NCBI RefSeq assembly: GCF_001194135.2
Contig: NC_068982.1
Coordinates: 171,173,957-171,237,956 of the forward strand
Length of the DNA stretch: 64,000 nt
Direction: 5' to 3'
From: Octopus bimaculoides
Taxonomy: Eukaryota
Shown here: piece after piece, positions 13,426 through 25,589 of the stretch
Layout of the letters: the number at the start of each line of letters is the position of its first letter
Position numbering within the stretch: the stretch's first letter is position 1
The notes under the pieces: generated by a model
The model's database searches: none
What the model was told of the DNA's origin: nothing
Seen by the model: the letters and a program-made list of their open reading frames with translations, nothing else
Position numbers and translations under genes: made by a program

Positions 13426-13944
13426 TTTTGATTTCTTGGATACTTTCTTGTCTCCCATAAACTGAGGTAAGGTAATGTTCACCACCATCATCATTACAAT
13501 TATTATTATTTGACATCAGGTAATACGTTTCTGTTGCATCACTAGCCACACGTTCATGCTTCTGCGTTTTCTTCTATCGCTTGGGGAGTATTGTATTGCA
13601 TCAGTATGTTTTGTTATGGAGTTTGGTTTGAGTATTCTGTTGTATTACTGTTTGTATTTCGTGTTGTGTGTGGTGCAAATTGTGCTGGGTATCGGACCTG
13701 TATTTTTACTATTATTGCATATGAGAACAGCGCTTGCTATCAAAGATACACTGAGGTAGAAATATGCAAACTTCCACATACCCATCATGACTATCTGTCT
13801 GGTAAGAGTATAGCAGAGACATACATCGCAGCCATATATATGTGACACAGTGAATTCATATCACGAGACACGTCTTATGGCATTGTATATGGAGCCAAAT
13901 TCGAATATTTTTGAAGCTGAATAGCCCGTCCCACATACAAGGTC

Positions 13945-13945
13945 C

Positions 13946-14018
<73 letters not shown>

Positions 14019-14095
14019 CATTATTATTGTTGTTATTATTATCATCATTATTATTATTATTATCATCATTATTATTATTGTTATTATCATTATCT

Positions 14096-14192
<97 letters not shown>
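13945..14192. repeat. Long (TTA)n array with TCA/TTG variants
   Basis: Read directly; source of the polyN/polyI/polyY ORFs in the track. Confidence 0.98.
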
Positions 14193-14193
<1 letters not shown>

Positions 14194-14558
14194 GACGTCA
14201 CAGAGTATACAATATCGTGAGGTTGTTGATTGAATATATTGCGTCTTCCGGGACTTCGTAGTGATTGTCAAGTCACAAGGACCTCAGACAGACAGTACTT
14301 TACACAATATGCAGATATTTCCAAGTGATGCCGAATTTTGCAACATATCTAGATTGTGCAGCACATATAGATTGCAATACATCTACATTTGCAACACATC
14401 TAGATATAGGTTTTCAGATGGGGGTTTTTTTTCCAGATTGGGTGGTATTGAACCCAATGCTCCGATGACAATGGGGATAACCTTTATCTTCTACTCTCGT
14501 AGCTGCCGATCTTAGCCACCTCAATTCTCTGGTCTCTCGTAGCTGTCACTTCTTAGCG
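14194..14558 (-). mobile_element. Second R4/Dong-clade LINE 3' end (different subfamily)
   Basis: Minus strand: KIKVIPIVIGALGSIPPNLEK ... DMLQNSASLGNICILCKVLSV* (RLE C-terminus), with a short 3'UTR ending directly in (TAA)n. Confidence 0.85.
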
Positions 14559-16069
14559 ATTATTATTATCATCATCTTCATCACCATTATTATTACTTTG
14601 ACTTAGCAATGCGTTCTTAATAAAAGTTTGTACAGGCTAGCCTGTATGGTCTGGCTAAGTCAAAATGCTGTTTGTATTCTTCCTTTCTACTTGGGGAGTT
14701 TAAATGTAGTTACAAAAACATGTCCTGTTGAAATGAAATTTCAGTAAATTTCTATATCTTTGTGCAGCTGAGGATTGCTCTGCATTTTACATTTGATGTA
14801 ATGTTCACATTGCTTAAATAAATGGAGTCGCTTGAAACGATCGTACTACATTAACTGTATCCTTGTTGCTTATTTTGATTTTAATCACCATATTTTGGAA
14901 TTGTATTGAAAACACTATACTTGATTCTGGTGCCTNNNNNNNNNNNNNNNNNNNNNNNNNNNNNNNNNNNNNNNNNNNNNNNNNNNNNNNNNNNNNNNNN
15001 NNNNNNNNNNNNNNNNNNNNNNNNNNNNNNNNNNNNNNNNNNNNNNNNNNNNNNNNNNNNNNNNNNNNNNNNNNNNNNNNNNNNNNNNNNNNNNNNNNNN
15101 NNNNNNNNNNNNNNNNNNNNNNNNNNNNNNNNNNNNNNNNNNNNNNNNNNNNNNNNNNNNNNNNNNNNNNNNNNNNNNNNNNNNNNNNNNNNNNNNNNNN
15201 NNNNNNNNNNNNNNNNNNNNNNNNNNNNNNNNNNNNNNNNNNNNNNNNNNNNNNNNNNNNNNNNNNNNNNNNNNNNNNNNNNNNNNNNNNNNNNNNNNNN
15301 NNNNNNNNNNNNNNNNNNNNNNNNNNNNNNNNNNNNNNNNNNNNNNNNNNNNNNNNNNNNNNNNNNNNNNNNNNNNNNNNNNNNNNNNNNNNNNNNNNNN
15401 NNNNNNNNNNNNNNNNNNNNNNNNNNNNNNNNNNNNNNNNNNNNNNNNNNNNNNNNNNNNNNNNNNNNNNNNNNNNNNNNNNNNNNNNNNNNNNNNNNNN
15501 NNNNNNNNNNNNNNNNNNNNNNNNNNNNNNNNNNNNNNNNNNNNNNNNNNNNNNNNNNNNNNNNNNNNNNNNNNNNNNNNNNNNNNNNNNNNNNNNNNNN
15601 NNNNNNNNNNNNNNNNNNNNNNNNNNNNNNNNNNNNNNNNNNNNNNNNNNNNNNNNNNNNNNNNNNNNNNNNNNNNNNNNNNNNNNNNNNNNNNNNNNNN
15701 NNNNNNNNNNNNNNNNNNNNNNNNNNNNNNNNNNNNNNNNNNNNNNNNNNNNNNNNNNNNNNNNNNNNNNNNNNNNNNNNNNNNNNNNNNNNNNNNNNNN
15801 NNNNNNNNNNNNNNNNNNNNNNNNNNNNNNNNNNNNNNNNNNNNNNNNNNNNNNNNNNNNNNNNNNNNNNNNTATATATATACATAAGTACATATGTGTG
15901 TGTACTTTTGCGTGTGCTCATGCATATGTGTATGCGCACGAGTGTGTTCAATTGTTTACAATGTTTAAACACGATACACTTAGTATAAGAAGCGTGACAT
16001 GGCCTTGTGAAATATAGAACACGATATGTTTGAAAGGAATTTAAGCTCATTAAGATCACCTAAATCCCT

Positions 16070-16230
16070 GATTATCCTTAGTCTAATGAATACCAGCTGG
16101 TGAGGAAACTCTGCGATTAACTAGCGTCTGTTCAGAGGGTAGTATTTTTCTCACCCTCTGTTAAGAAACATGGAAACTTGGTTAAGCTCTGCAGCCTGCT
16201 GGAGCTGTACGCTCAAGATGGATACGACCA
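16070..16230 (+). mobile_element. Probable SINE 3'-part remnant
   Basis: CTCTGCGATTAACTAGCGTC..CAGAGGG resembles the gcgatggactagcgtcccgtccagggg segment of CORE/V-type SINE tails (recalled). Contains an 8-bp inverted repeat CAGAGGGT/ACCCTCTG. Confidence 0.35.
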
Positions 16231-16288
16231 TTGTCATATATGTATGTATATATATACATACATACATANNNNNNNNNNTACATACATA

Positions 16289-16370
16289 CATGTATGCTTA
16301 CATAGATAATACATACATACATACATACATATATACATACATACATACATACATACATACATACATACAT
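16289..16370. repeat. (TACA)n microsatellite
   Basis: Read directly. Confidence 0.93.
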
Positions 16371-16699
16371 AGAGTGAGGATATTACTGTGACGTTTAAAA
16401 AGCATTATGCCTTCTTTTCCTTTAAGCGAAAATATAATAATATTTAGTAATTGCATTCTTGCACTTACACAGAAATTGATATTGACACAGAGAAACACAC
16501 AGACACATATGTTGGGAATGTCAAGAAAGAATATAATGAGAATATACACTATAGGTAATACTTAAACGCTAAGATGTCTCGTAGCACACACAACTATTCA
16601 CGAATGCTTTAAGTTGAAATAGCCAGTTATGAAATTGAGAAAAATAACTACAGAACCACGAAGGAATGTTATCGTATTTGATCAATTACACCATAATCA

Positions 16700-17870
16700 T
16701 CACGTACTGCTACGATAAGTTGTTAGTAAATTAAATCTATCTACGTATACTGAAAGTCAGTACCATTTCCCGAGTGAATCCAAAGATCATATGAATATTG
16801 CATTAATCTGTTGTACGTTAGAATCAGTCAATTAGGTCAATACTAGCCAGTAATAATGAGACTAGGCATAAAGAAAATAGATCTGTTTAGAGAAATTTGC
16901 TGCGGCACTGTTATGAATACTCAATTTATCTTGTATTTGTGTAATTCAGGAAAATGTTGTTAGCTACAAGGAAAATGTGCTGACTAGTAGATGTCAAAAG
17001 TTAATTACACTGTAGGGAAGGAAAACCGCATTAGATATTAAATCAGTGTAAATCGTTACCGAACTGATCCAATTGATTCAAGCTGATTCAAGGAGTTCAC
17101 TTCGAAATTTAGGTCAAGAGTAACATTATGAGAGGTATTGAAATGGAGAAGAAAATCAATTCATTATAGAACTATATAACTAGCAGAATGTTATTCAGAT
17201 CCGTCTGCAGGAAATTGCAATGAGAATATTCAGTCTGCCATCTTCCTTCTGAGTTAATGATGTTATAGATTTCCAGTTCTGGGTTTATGTCAGAGGGGAG
17301 TATATGCACACGAACAAAATGAGTACATAATACAACGATAACTAGTTCAGAGCTATTCAGTTCTGAATAAGGATAATACCAATAAAAAGAAACATCATCG
17401 TTATTATCGTTACAGTAGCAATGATCTTATAGTAGTGCAATGCTAGATTTAGGTCACTAATGTGCTTTTAAGAGGTCTTGAAACACTGAGGGAGGGATGA
17501 AATCGGTTCATTATAGGCGTATACAACTAGTTATGTATCATTTGGATTTATAAGAAGGATATGAGAGTTTACCTGTGCTACATTAAAATGAGATATGACA
17601 ACTGATATGGTTTATAACAGTAAGCATCATAAGCTGATATATGTTCACAAAATAAGCAAAAGATTAGCTACAAAACAATTAACGGGAGTGTTGCGTATAC
17701 AATCGCAGATCCAAATAAAAATTCATGACAAGAATATTTGTGAGCTAGGTTTTCATGAAAATGAAGATATCAATAGGAAGTGTTCGAGAAATCTTTACGT
17801 ATCTTAATATGTGTGCTCAGAACAACGATGTAACACAATTTCACTTTATGATTATATTGTGTGGTGAGTT
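16700..17870 (+). repeat. Copy 1 of a ~1.1-kb inverted duplication
   Basis: Aligns by eye over many blocks with the reverse complement of 19650-20860. Confidence 0.85.
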
Positions 17871-18430
17871 CTGGAAGGGGAATATATTAGTCACAAACTA
17901 AAGATATATCACTGTCCTGTTCATAAGAAAATACATCTGTTCAGTAGTACCAGTTGTGAATTTATACACTGAAGAATGAGAATGAATGCGAAAAAAGTTC
18001 AGTTCATTAGGAGAAATGTTGCTGGGAGCAACGTCTGGTTGTATAATTTTTAGATCATCTGGCAGAGTTATGAGTACTTCTGAGTTATACTTACTATGCA
18101 TTATACAACAGATATTTGTCAGTAAGTAATAACTGCTTGACACGGTGAATAATAAGCGTGGGTTTTCAAGCAGCAGATATTATTCAATGTGCTGGAGTTG
18201 ATGAGGTTTCAACTTCTAGCATACGTATTACAAAGTATATAGAGTGAAGTATTCCGTATCCTACAGCTTTGCATTCCATTCCCAATTATTCATGTTAGAT
18301 GTAATGTTTTAATATTGGAATATAATTGAGTTACATTTTTTGTCTCCTGTGTTACAAAACTCGGATGATTTATTCAGCTGCTGTCCTTGGCAAATAATAA
18401 TTAAATATATATATATATCTAAATATATCT

Positions 18431-18708
18431 GGGCACGTGGGCTAGTGGATGAAAAGTTGTATTCAGGAGTTGTGGTTCCCAGACCGGTGGTGCAATGTGT
18501 TCTCGGCAAGATGCGTCACTTCATATTGCTCCAGTTCACTAAGTTGTGAAAAGGTAACATTGCGCCTGTCTTGTGTCCTGTTGACCGCAAATTATGGCCT
18601 TCTCGCCTGGCCAGCAGGGTGGCATCATACGAAATCTGCAGCAGTTCGAGGAAGGATATTATAACCGGTGGTGTATGACAACTCCAGATATTCTGGTTAA
18701 TACACTGA
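18431..18708 (+). mobile_element. SINE family C (tRNA head, CORE-like middle, LINE-like tail)
   Basis: GGGCACGTGGGCTAGTGG (A-box-like), GTGGTTCCCAGACC (B-box-like), TGTGTTCTCGGCAAGA..TTGCTCCAGTTCACT shared with the 63333 copy. Confidence 0.7.
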
Positions 18709-18885
18709 TAATATATACATATATATAAATACATACACGCATATATACATGCAGACATACATATATGTATGTATATATGTATGTCATTATTCAGTTTATT
18801 TCAAGATGTCTTGCCAACAGTTTCTAACCTAGATCCAAATTTCCATCATTGGAATTTCAATATCAACAACAGAGTATGTGTGTAT

Positions 18886-18889
<4 letters not shown>

Positions 18890-18919
<30 letters not shown>

Positions 18920-18952
18920 TGTATGTATGTATGTATGTATGTATGTATGTAT
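18890..18952. repeat. (TATG)n array, left flank of LINE insertion
   Basis: Read directly. Confidence 0.97.
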
Positions 18953-19424
18953 TCTCATGCATATAGTCACATATCTAGATATACTTATATATATTTAAAT
19001 GATAAACTTCTGGAAGTTTTACAGATTTTTACAGTTCCAGTAATAAACGGGATCTGTAGTCTTCGAGTTAGCTTTTTCCGTTCTGGTTCTGAGAAGCCTA
19101 ATTTCTCAAGATTGGTATTTAGGCAATGTGTTACATATCTCAGGGCCCCAATAATTACAGGTATAAACCTGCACTTGTAATCTGGTTAGAGTAACTGTAG
19201 ATGTCTCAATAGTTCAGCATAGGCGTTCTCTTTTTCACTGATCTTCAGCTTTATGTTAACATCCGCAGGGCAGCTAATTTCCACAACTGTGCATAGTTTC
19301 TCTTACCCCAAATCATTACATCAAGTCTCTTGTGCGTACATGTTTATTGAGGTCTGGTACATTCCACCAATTTTCATTTTCATTATGAGTGGCTATGGCT
19401 TCTACTTTATTGCGAGGTTTTATT
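18953..19424 (-). mobile_element. R4/Dong-type LINE 3' end (RLE domain) inserted in (TATG)n
   Basis: Minus strand: VEAIATHNENENWWNVP..(frameshift)..KLCTVVEISCPADVNIKLKISEKENAYAELLRHLQLL*PDYKCRFIPVIIGALRYV..LEKLGF..RRLQIPFITGTVKICKT. Same family as the 43.5-45.3 kb relic. Confidence 0.9.
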
Positions 19425-19492
19425 GTATGTATGTATGTATGTATGTATGTATGTATGTATGTATGTATGTATGTATGTATGTATGTATGTAT
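19425..19492. repeat. (TATG)n array, right flank of LINE insertion
   Basis: Read directly. Confidence 0.97.
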
Positions 19493-19598
19493 ATAAAGAC
19501 TACGATAATATGTACGAAAGAAAAAGGAAATAGACAACGAGGATTAATTCTTGTATACACAAACAAGGATTAATTCATATATACACAAACATCTATCG

Positions 19599-19600
<2 letters not shown>

Positions 19601-19652
<52 letters not shown>
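19601..19652. repeat. (CA)n microsatellite
   Basis: Read directly. Confidence 0.97.
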
Positions 19653-19654
<2 letters not shown>

Positions 19655-20860
19655 ACACGCACAAAACAACATTAAAATCTAAGAAGAGTAACAAATCTCC
19701 GTTTACGCCTCATTTCGTTTGTTTTTTTTTCCTCGACACTTTATTATACAAATTTTGCTGTAAATGTATTTTGAGTGGACGGAGGTGCATCTTCTATTTA
19801 CAATCCCCTGATCAATTGTTTTTGTTTTGCTGTAGATCTTTTGCTACAATGTGGATAATTTGAAGTTTATATTGGTTATTGTTGCAAATGATTTTGTTTA
19901 GCTTATCTTCCTTTATTTTGTTACTACTACTACTACTACTACTCTGAAGACATTTCTGCAAACATCCTTCTTATCTTACTTAAGAATTTGAATGATGTTT
20001 AAATAGTTACTTATTTCTATGATAAACACATTATATCCATCTCTCAACACTTAACGACATCATACAATCTATTTCTAACATAAATCTACGAATCAACTAC
20101 AAGGTTATCGCTACAGTAATAATAATAACCAACAGGATATTTTATGATAAACACTTACCTACATGTCTGAATAATTCGCAACTAGTTATCTTTATAGGAA
20201 GAAATTATGATATCCACCTTCCAACACATTTCTGACCTAAAACCAGTTCTGATATTCTAAAACATCATCGATTAAGTAAGGATAATAGTAGACTAAATAT
20301 TCTGCTTGTTAATTTCCTTTTTCTTAAAAACAGATCTGAATAACTTTCTGCTTGTTCTATTCTGAATTGATTTTCGTTGCATTTCAATATTTCGTATAAT
20401 TATTATCTGACCTATATCTCGAATTGAACTCCTGAATCAGCAATTCAATAATGAATTACATAGAATTAACATAAGAATATATGTCGGTTTCTTTTTTGCA
20501 ATATATTGTATTGAAGTAATTAGAACAGTATTGTTGTTACATATATATTGCAGTCAATAAATTTTCTCTAAATTTCCCGTCCTTGATAAGGACAGTCTTT
20601 GTAAGTAACTGTAATGGCATTTTTGGTTCTTGTTTACTTATTAGAAACATCCAAGTTACCGTCATATTAGGACTGATCTATGCTTTTAGGTTACTTCCCA
20701 CTAATTGAATAGATCTGACTTAATTTATTGAATTTTACGTTCACAGCCAACTTAATGCAATATAGATATTATCTTTCGAGCATCCAGGATAATATTAGGG
20801 ATATTAAAAGTCGAATAACTTACGTTTTATATAGTATTTTATGTAGCATAAGACGTTTAT
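19650..20860 (-). repeat. Copy 2 (inverted) of the ~1.1-kb duplication
   Basis: For example, the reverse complement of ~20340 reads GCAGAAAGTTATTCAGATC versus GCAGAATGTTATTCAGATC at ~17184, and GATAACTAGTT is present in both. Confidence 0.85.
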
Positions 20861-23409
20861 AAAGAACTTTCACCAGTGCAGGTTGCCCATGAATCTGCCT
20901 ACGCATGCACAGATCTTTATACATAAATTTTTAATTAATGAAGGTTTGCAGTTGCCCATGTGTGCACATTTCTCCTCTCGGTACCGCCAACTTGGCTGTG
21001 ATAAGTTTGTAACAATGCATCGCATGCGTTTCAATGACAATGCAGAAAACTGGAACATCTACCGCAAGATATCTCACAAGATATTTTTAACTCTTCTACT
21101 CTCCACATTCTGGCTTGGTAACGACCGTGAAATGGTGAAAGCCAAAGATGACCGCCGCAGGATCATAACTTAGATCGTAGAAAGTCAGAACAAATAACGC
21201 GTAGAATTTTGTTCTTGCTAAATTGCCACTTATACTATGATAATTATTCTGCATATATGTTTTATGAGGTAGACTTCCTATTTGTTTCATTTTTTCAAGA
21301 TAATAAAATTCCCTCCAGTAGAACCGCCTATTTACCTCCTTTCAATCATAATCAAAATTGCATCTGATTGTTGACTGTAATTCAACTTAGTACTGAGTAT
21401 TCTGTTTTTCTTCAATATACGGTAGAAGTAAGTATTTATTATTCAATATGGCGCATAAATATCTAATGTCTAATGTAAAGCATTAAGTAGAATCACAAAA
21501 ACATAAGAAAAGGAAAATGATGTGTTACACACATTATACAAAAGATGCTATAACAATAATAAAAGAATAGTTAAACGTAATATTAATTAAAAGCATTGGG
21601 TCGTTCGTTGCAGTAAATGACAACGAATGACTATGAACATATTGGTGATGGGACTTGTCTGTGTGGTTTAGTGATTTTAATGAAGGATAAATTTTGGTTT
21701 CATCTTTACCAAGTAAAACCATACAAGTCTGCATGAAATTCCTCGCTGGAAAACACTTAAATGATATCGAAAACGTTTGTGCAACTGTTATACCGAACTT
21801 CGTAAAGCTTGAAATTCCCTTATAATACAACGTAAAATATCCATTAGCTGTGTCGATAAGGTGTAACAATTTTGAAAATTACGCCTAGATGCGATGGAAC
21901 GATCAACAACAATATAGAGTACATAACTTTATTCAGAAGACATACAATACAAAGTCCATTCTAATACCTCAAGATAAGAAATATCGTGTAATCTAGCCTT
22001 CAGTTTAAGCATACAGTCATAAATGGCCTGACTTTTGATTGAATTTCTTTCCTTTTCCGATCAATCAAACGCAACATAAGATAGTTCATGTAAATTCCCT
22101 TAAGACAGGTTTCTTTGCAAAATTTCATAAATTCCATTTCACATTATAATTAAAAATAATTCTCTGTAACATAAATAATGTCACTTACTCTACGTGTGAC
22201 TGCATTATTTTAAGCAATTTCTTCCTCAATGTAGTTGTCTTTCAAAGTTTCTAATAATTTGTACTAACGGCAAAAAGAACATCAGAGCATCAGTAACCTA
22301 TATTGTATTAGCCATAAATTATTGAAAAGCTTGTTTTTATCAGCATTATCATATATTCAAGAAACCGATAAGATTCTCCCGAAGCGTTCAACATAGCATA
22401 TAATGAAATTATATATCTGCAAAAATATGAGCGCACATCTTGTTGATCCAACAAATATATGTATTCCATATGCTTGAATATTGAGAAAAAAAGGAATAAT
22501 ACGTCTCTTAACACATTCAATTTTTAAACTCATCGAGTTACTTTCTTTGCAATTTTGATCATTTTTTTTTTTACATACAGACAAATTTCAACACCCTTTA
22601 CATTTTTTGCATTAAATGCCTATATTGTTTTATATTCACTTATATATCTGTTGCGCTTGCTACATCATTATTTCTATTATTTTAAGTGTTGCTCCTTTTC
22701 AATTTTTCGATCAAAGATAAATTTGCTACCCAGTAAGATTCTATTATACCATATTAAACAGCCATCTTTCGTTATGATAAGCAAGCATTATTACTATATG
22801 GTTATGAAATATCCATATACTTCCAGCTTTCTTAATCGTCAAATATCGTCTGTGCGAAAGCAGGAATAGTGATTTCTGACAGTTCCCAATATATTATGTA
22901 TATCCTTGCATATCTACACATACTCACACATACACAAATACATAAACACACACACAAACACGCAAACACATGTACACAAACACACGCACACACAATCACA
23001 TATATTTATAGAATATGTATACACACGCACCTATGCACACAGAAAGGAAGAATGGGAAAGAAGTTGAGCTATTAAGATGTGTTATTTTGCTACAGTTGTT
23101 CGTACATACTGTCGTTTACATTTACTGCCGATGTTGTTTCCGCTGCTATTTTTTGTTCTCGCAATTATTATCGAGACGATTATTCATCCCCTGCCAGCGG
23201 GGTCCATCATCTATAACAATTGGGAATGAAATGCCACCCATTGTGAAGAATGTAAAGAAAAAAAAAAACTAAAACTCTTTCCTGTCCTTTACCCTCCCTC
23301 GTCAGTAAATCCAAATGAAACGATATCTTGCATTCGCTGTTTATAAGGAGATAAAATATCTTCCTTTCACAAACACCTGCTACTATGTCAGATTATTTAT
23401 AATTTATAC

Positions 23410-23754
23410 ACCACACACGAGCACACACACGCACATACACACAAGAACACACACACACACACGCACATACACATAAGCACACACACACACAAGCACACAC
23501 ACATACCGTCCCCCCGACACACACGCAATAAGACAATAGAATAGTGGTGGTAAGTCGATACTTTTATTAATGTACTTCTACCATCATTCTTCCGAATCCC
23601 ATGAAGATAGTGGGAATCAATGTAAATGTTTTCTGCAACGTTATTGCTTCCTCTACTATGGTTTCTTCTTATGTACATACATACATACATACATACATAC
23701 ATACATACATACATACACATATACATACATACATACATACATATACATACATAT

Positions 23755-23809
<55 letters not shown>

Positions 23810-23890
23810 AACATATACTCACCTATACAGACACATACATATGCACGCCCACAAACACACGCGTGCGCACACAAACACACACACATACAT
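23410..23890. repeat. Compound (CA)n/(TACA)n/(TA)n low-complexity region
   Basis: Read directly; source of the HTHT/YIHT ORFs. Confidence 0.9.
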
Positions 23891-24320
23891 GTATTTTTAT
23901 AATTAGTCTTGGTCATAATATATTTAAAGATATTCGCCACAAGACCTATATTATATTTCCAACAGTGACTTATATTTCTACTGGTCGTCATTTTCGAAAA
24001 TTGCATATCATTTCCATTAAAAGCTTACTACTATTCTAGATACGTGTCTATTGGTTAACATCTTTACAGCAAGATATTGCATGACATACCTTCGTTAAGT
24101 ACGAGCTTTTTACAGCACGTGAATAACACCATCAATTTTATCTATTTTGGCTATTGTATATGTCATAGAGAAGACACGTTACATAATGCTCAGACAACTA
24201 CCGGACATTCTTCCATAAAGTCTTTGTGTCGAATCTTGATCTGAGTAGTGCACCGTCTCTTTGGGTAAATCACGTAAGTCTAGGTACTTCCAGTACGATC
24301 ATATTGCCAAAGGGAATATC

Positions 24321-24386
24321 AAAACTGGTATCGAAGCCATTTATAAAACTGGTATCGAAACCATTTATAAAACTGGTATCGAAACC
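24321..24386. repeat. 24-bp tandem repeat x2.75 (AAAACTGGTATCGAAACCATTTAT)
   Basis: Read directly, one substitution in copy 1. Confidence 0.95.
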
Positions 24387-24580
24387 AAGACAGCGCGACA
24401 GCGATAACGACTGAATGTTGCAACCGAAACATTCCCGTTTGAAGACGAATATGACCAGTTGTGAGCTATTGCAATCTATATTCATTGTTACCTTTTACTT
24501 TATGTATATAATATCAGCTACATTTTCTTTAGTTATGTTTTTTTTATTACAAAACCATATAACACTTGAATCCAATGTTA

Positions 24581-25543
24581 CCGTGAAATGGAGTTACTTT
24601 GAACACTGGGGTAACTTTGAACAACATATAATATTTTGTTTCCTCTTATTGCTTTTTACTAAAGTTTCTTACACAATTTTTTAAATGTGTTGTTAAACTT
24701 TAGAATTATATTTCTTTGATAGTACAATTTCAATACATAAAGGAAAAATTTGTAAACATAACTTTTATTATACACTCAAAGAAAGAATTTTTCTACTTCT
24801 TCAAATGCCAGTGAAACAAACATTTTTGCAAGATATGTATACTTTTGTCAGTAGCTAAAGCACTTCTTGCATAAAATATACATGCTTTTCTTAAAATATG
24901 ATGTTATTGTAAATAATTTTCTATTGAAGTGTTTTTATAACTTTGGTATCTTTGTAAAAAGTTGTATAAGATATGTTCCCCTTCCCTTTGATAATCCAGC
25001 GGGAATACTTTGAACACCGTTGAAAGTAAACCCGATCACTACTTCCGGCAGTAAGCAAGCTGCTACTACGGTTAGAACTAATAGTGCCCAATATAAGTTA
25101 GGTTTTTAAGATTTTTAAATGTTTTTCCTAATTATGAACAATAATTCACCCTTAGAATTAATGAGGTGTAACCTCAAATTTTCATTTTTTTAAAATTACG
25201 ACTTGATAACCAGAATCAGTTCTTTCTGTTGCAAAGTATAATTCTTCAAACCATATTCTATTTTGTTGTAGTTTGAATCAAGTAATAAGATTAATTTTTA
25301 ACATTACTGTTCAAAAAACAACATTACTGTTCAAAGTAACCCCAAATCAGGGGTTACTTTAAACAACGACAATTATATTAAAAAAAGTAATCAAAATATT
25401 GACTGCAACTTATTTTTATTTCATATATCAGCTTAACTATTTAGTCCCGCTAATATAGTCAAATTTAGTTAAGATTTTAAAAAAGGTTTTTAAATTATTG
25501 CAATAAGAAGTCTAAAACTGTTGAAAGTAACCCCGTTTCACTG
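24581..25543. mobile_element. Non-autonomous DNA transposon (~963 bp) with TIRs and reiterated subterminal motif
   Basis: TIR 24581-24605 CCGTGAAATGGAGTTACTTTGAACA vs reverse complement of 25519-25543 CAGTGAAACGGGGTTACTTTCAACA (21/25). TA precedes the left end; the right-hand TSD is not preserved. No ORF. Confidence 0.75.
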
Positions 25544-25589
25544 AGTGTTGGCTAAAATCTATAGATACCTTCTGTAGTGTGTAGCACTA

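Noticed and set aside
12103-16059. Long ORFs of 100-390 aa in the track (also 30495-31811, 34323-34824, 35301-35825, 49707-50293, 50844-51384, 54291-54989)
   Set aside because: They are open only because they run through N gaps and simple repeats.
17898-18143. 81-aa minus ORF and GTAAGT donor-like sites on both strands
   Set aside because: No stop-free exon between a credible acceptor and donor; no recognisable domain.
24321-24386. CRISPR-like palindromic repeats
   Set aside because: Contiguous units with no spacers, eukaryotic context, no cas genes.
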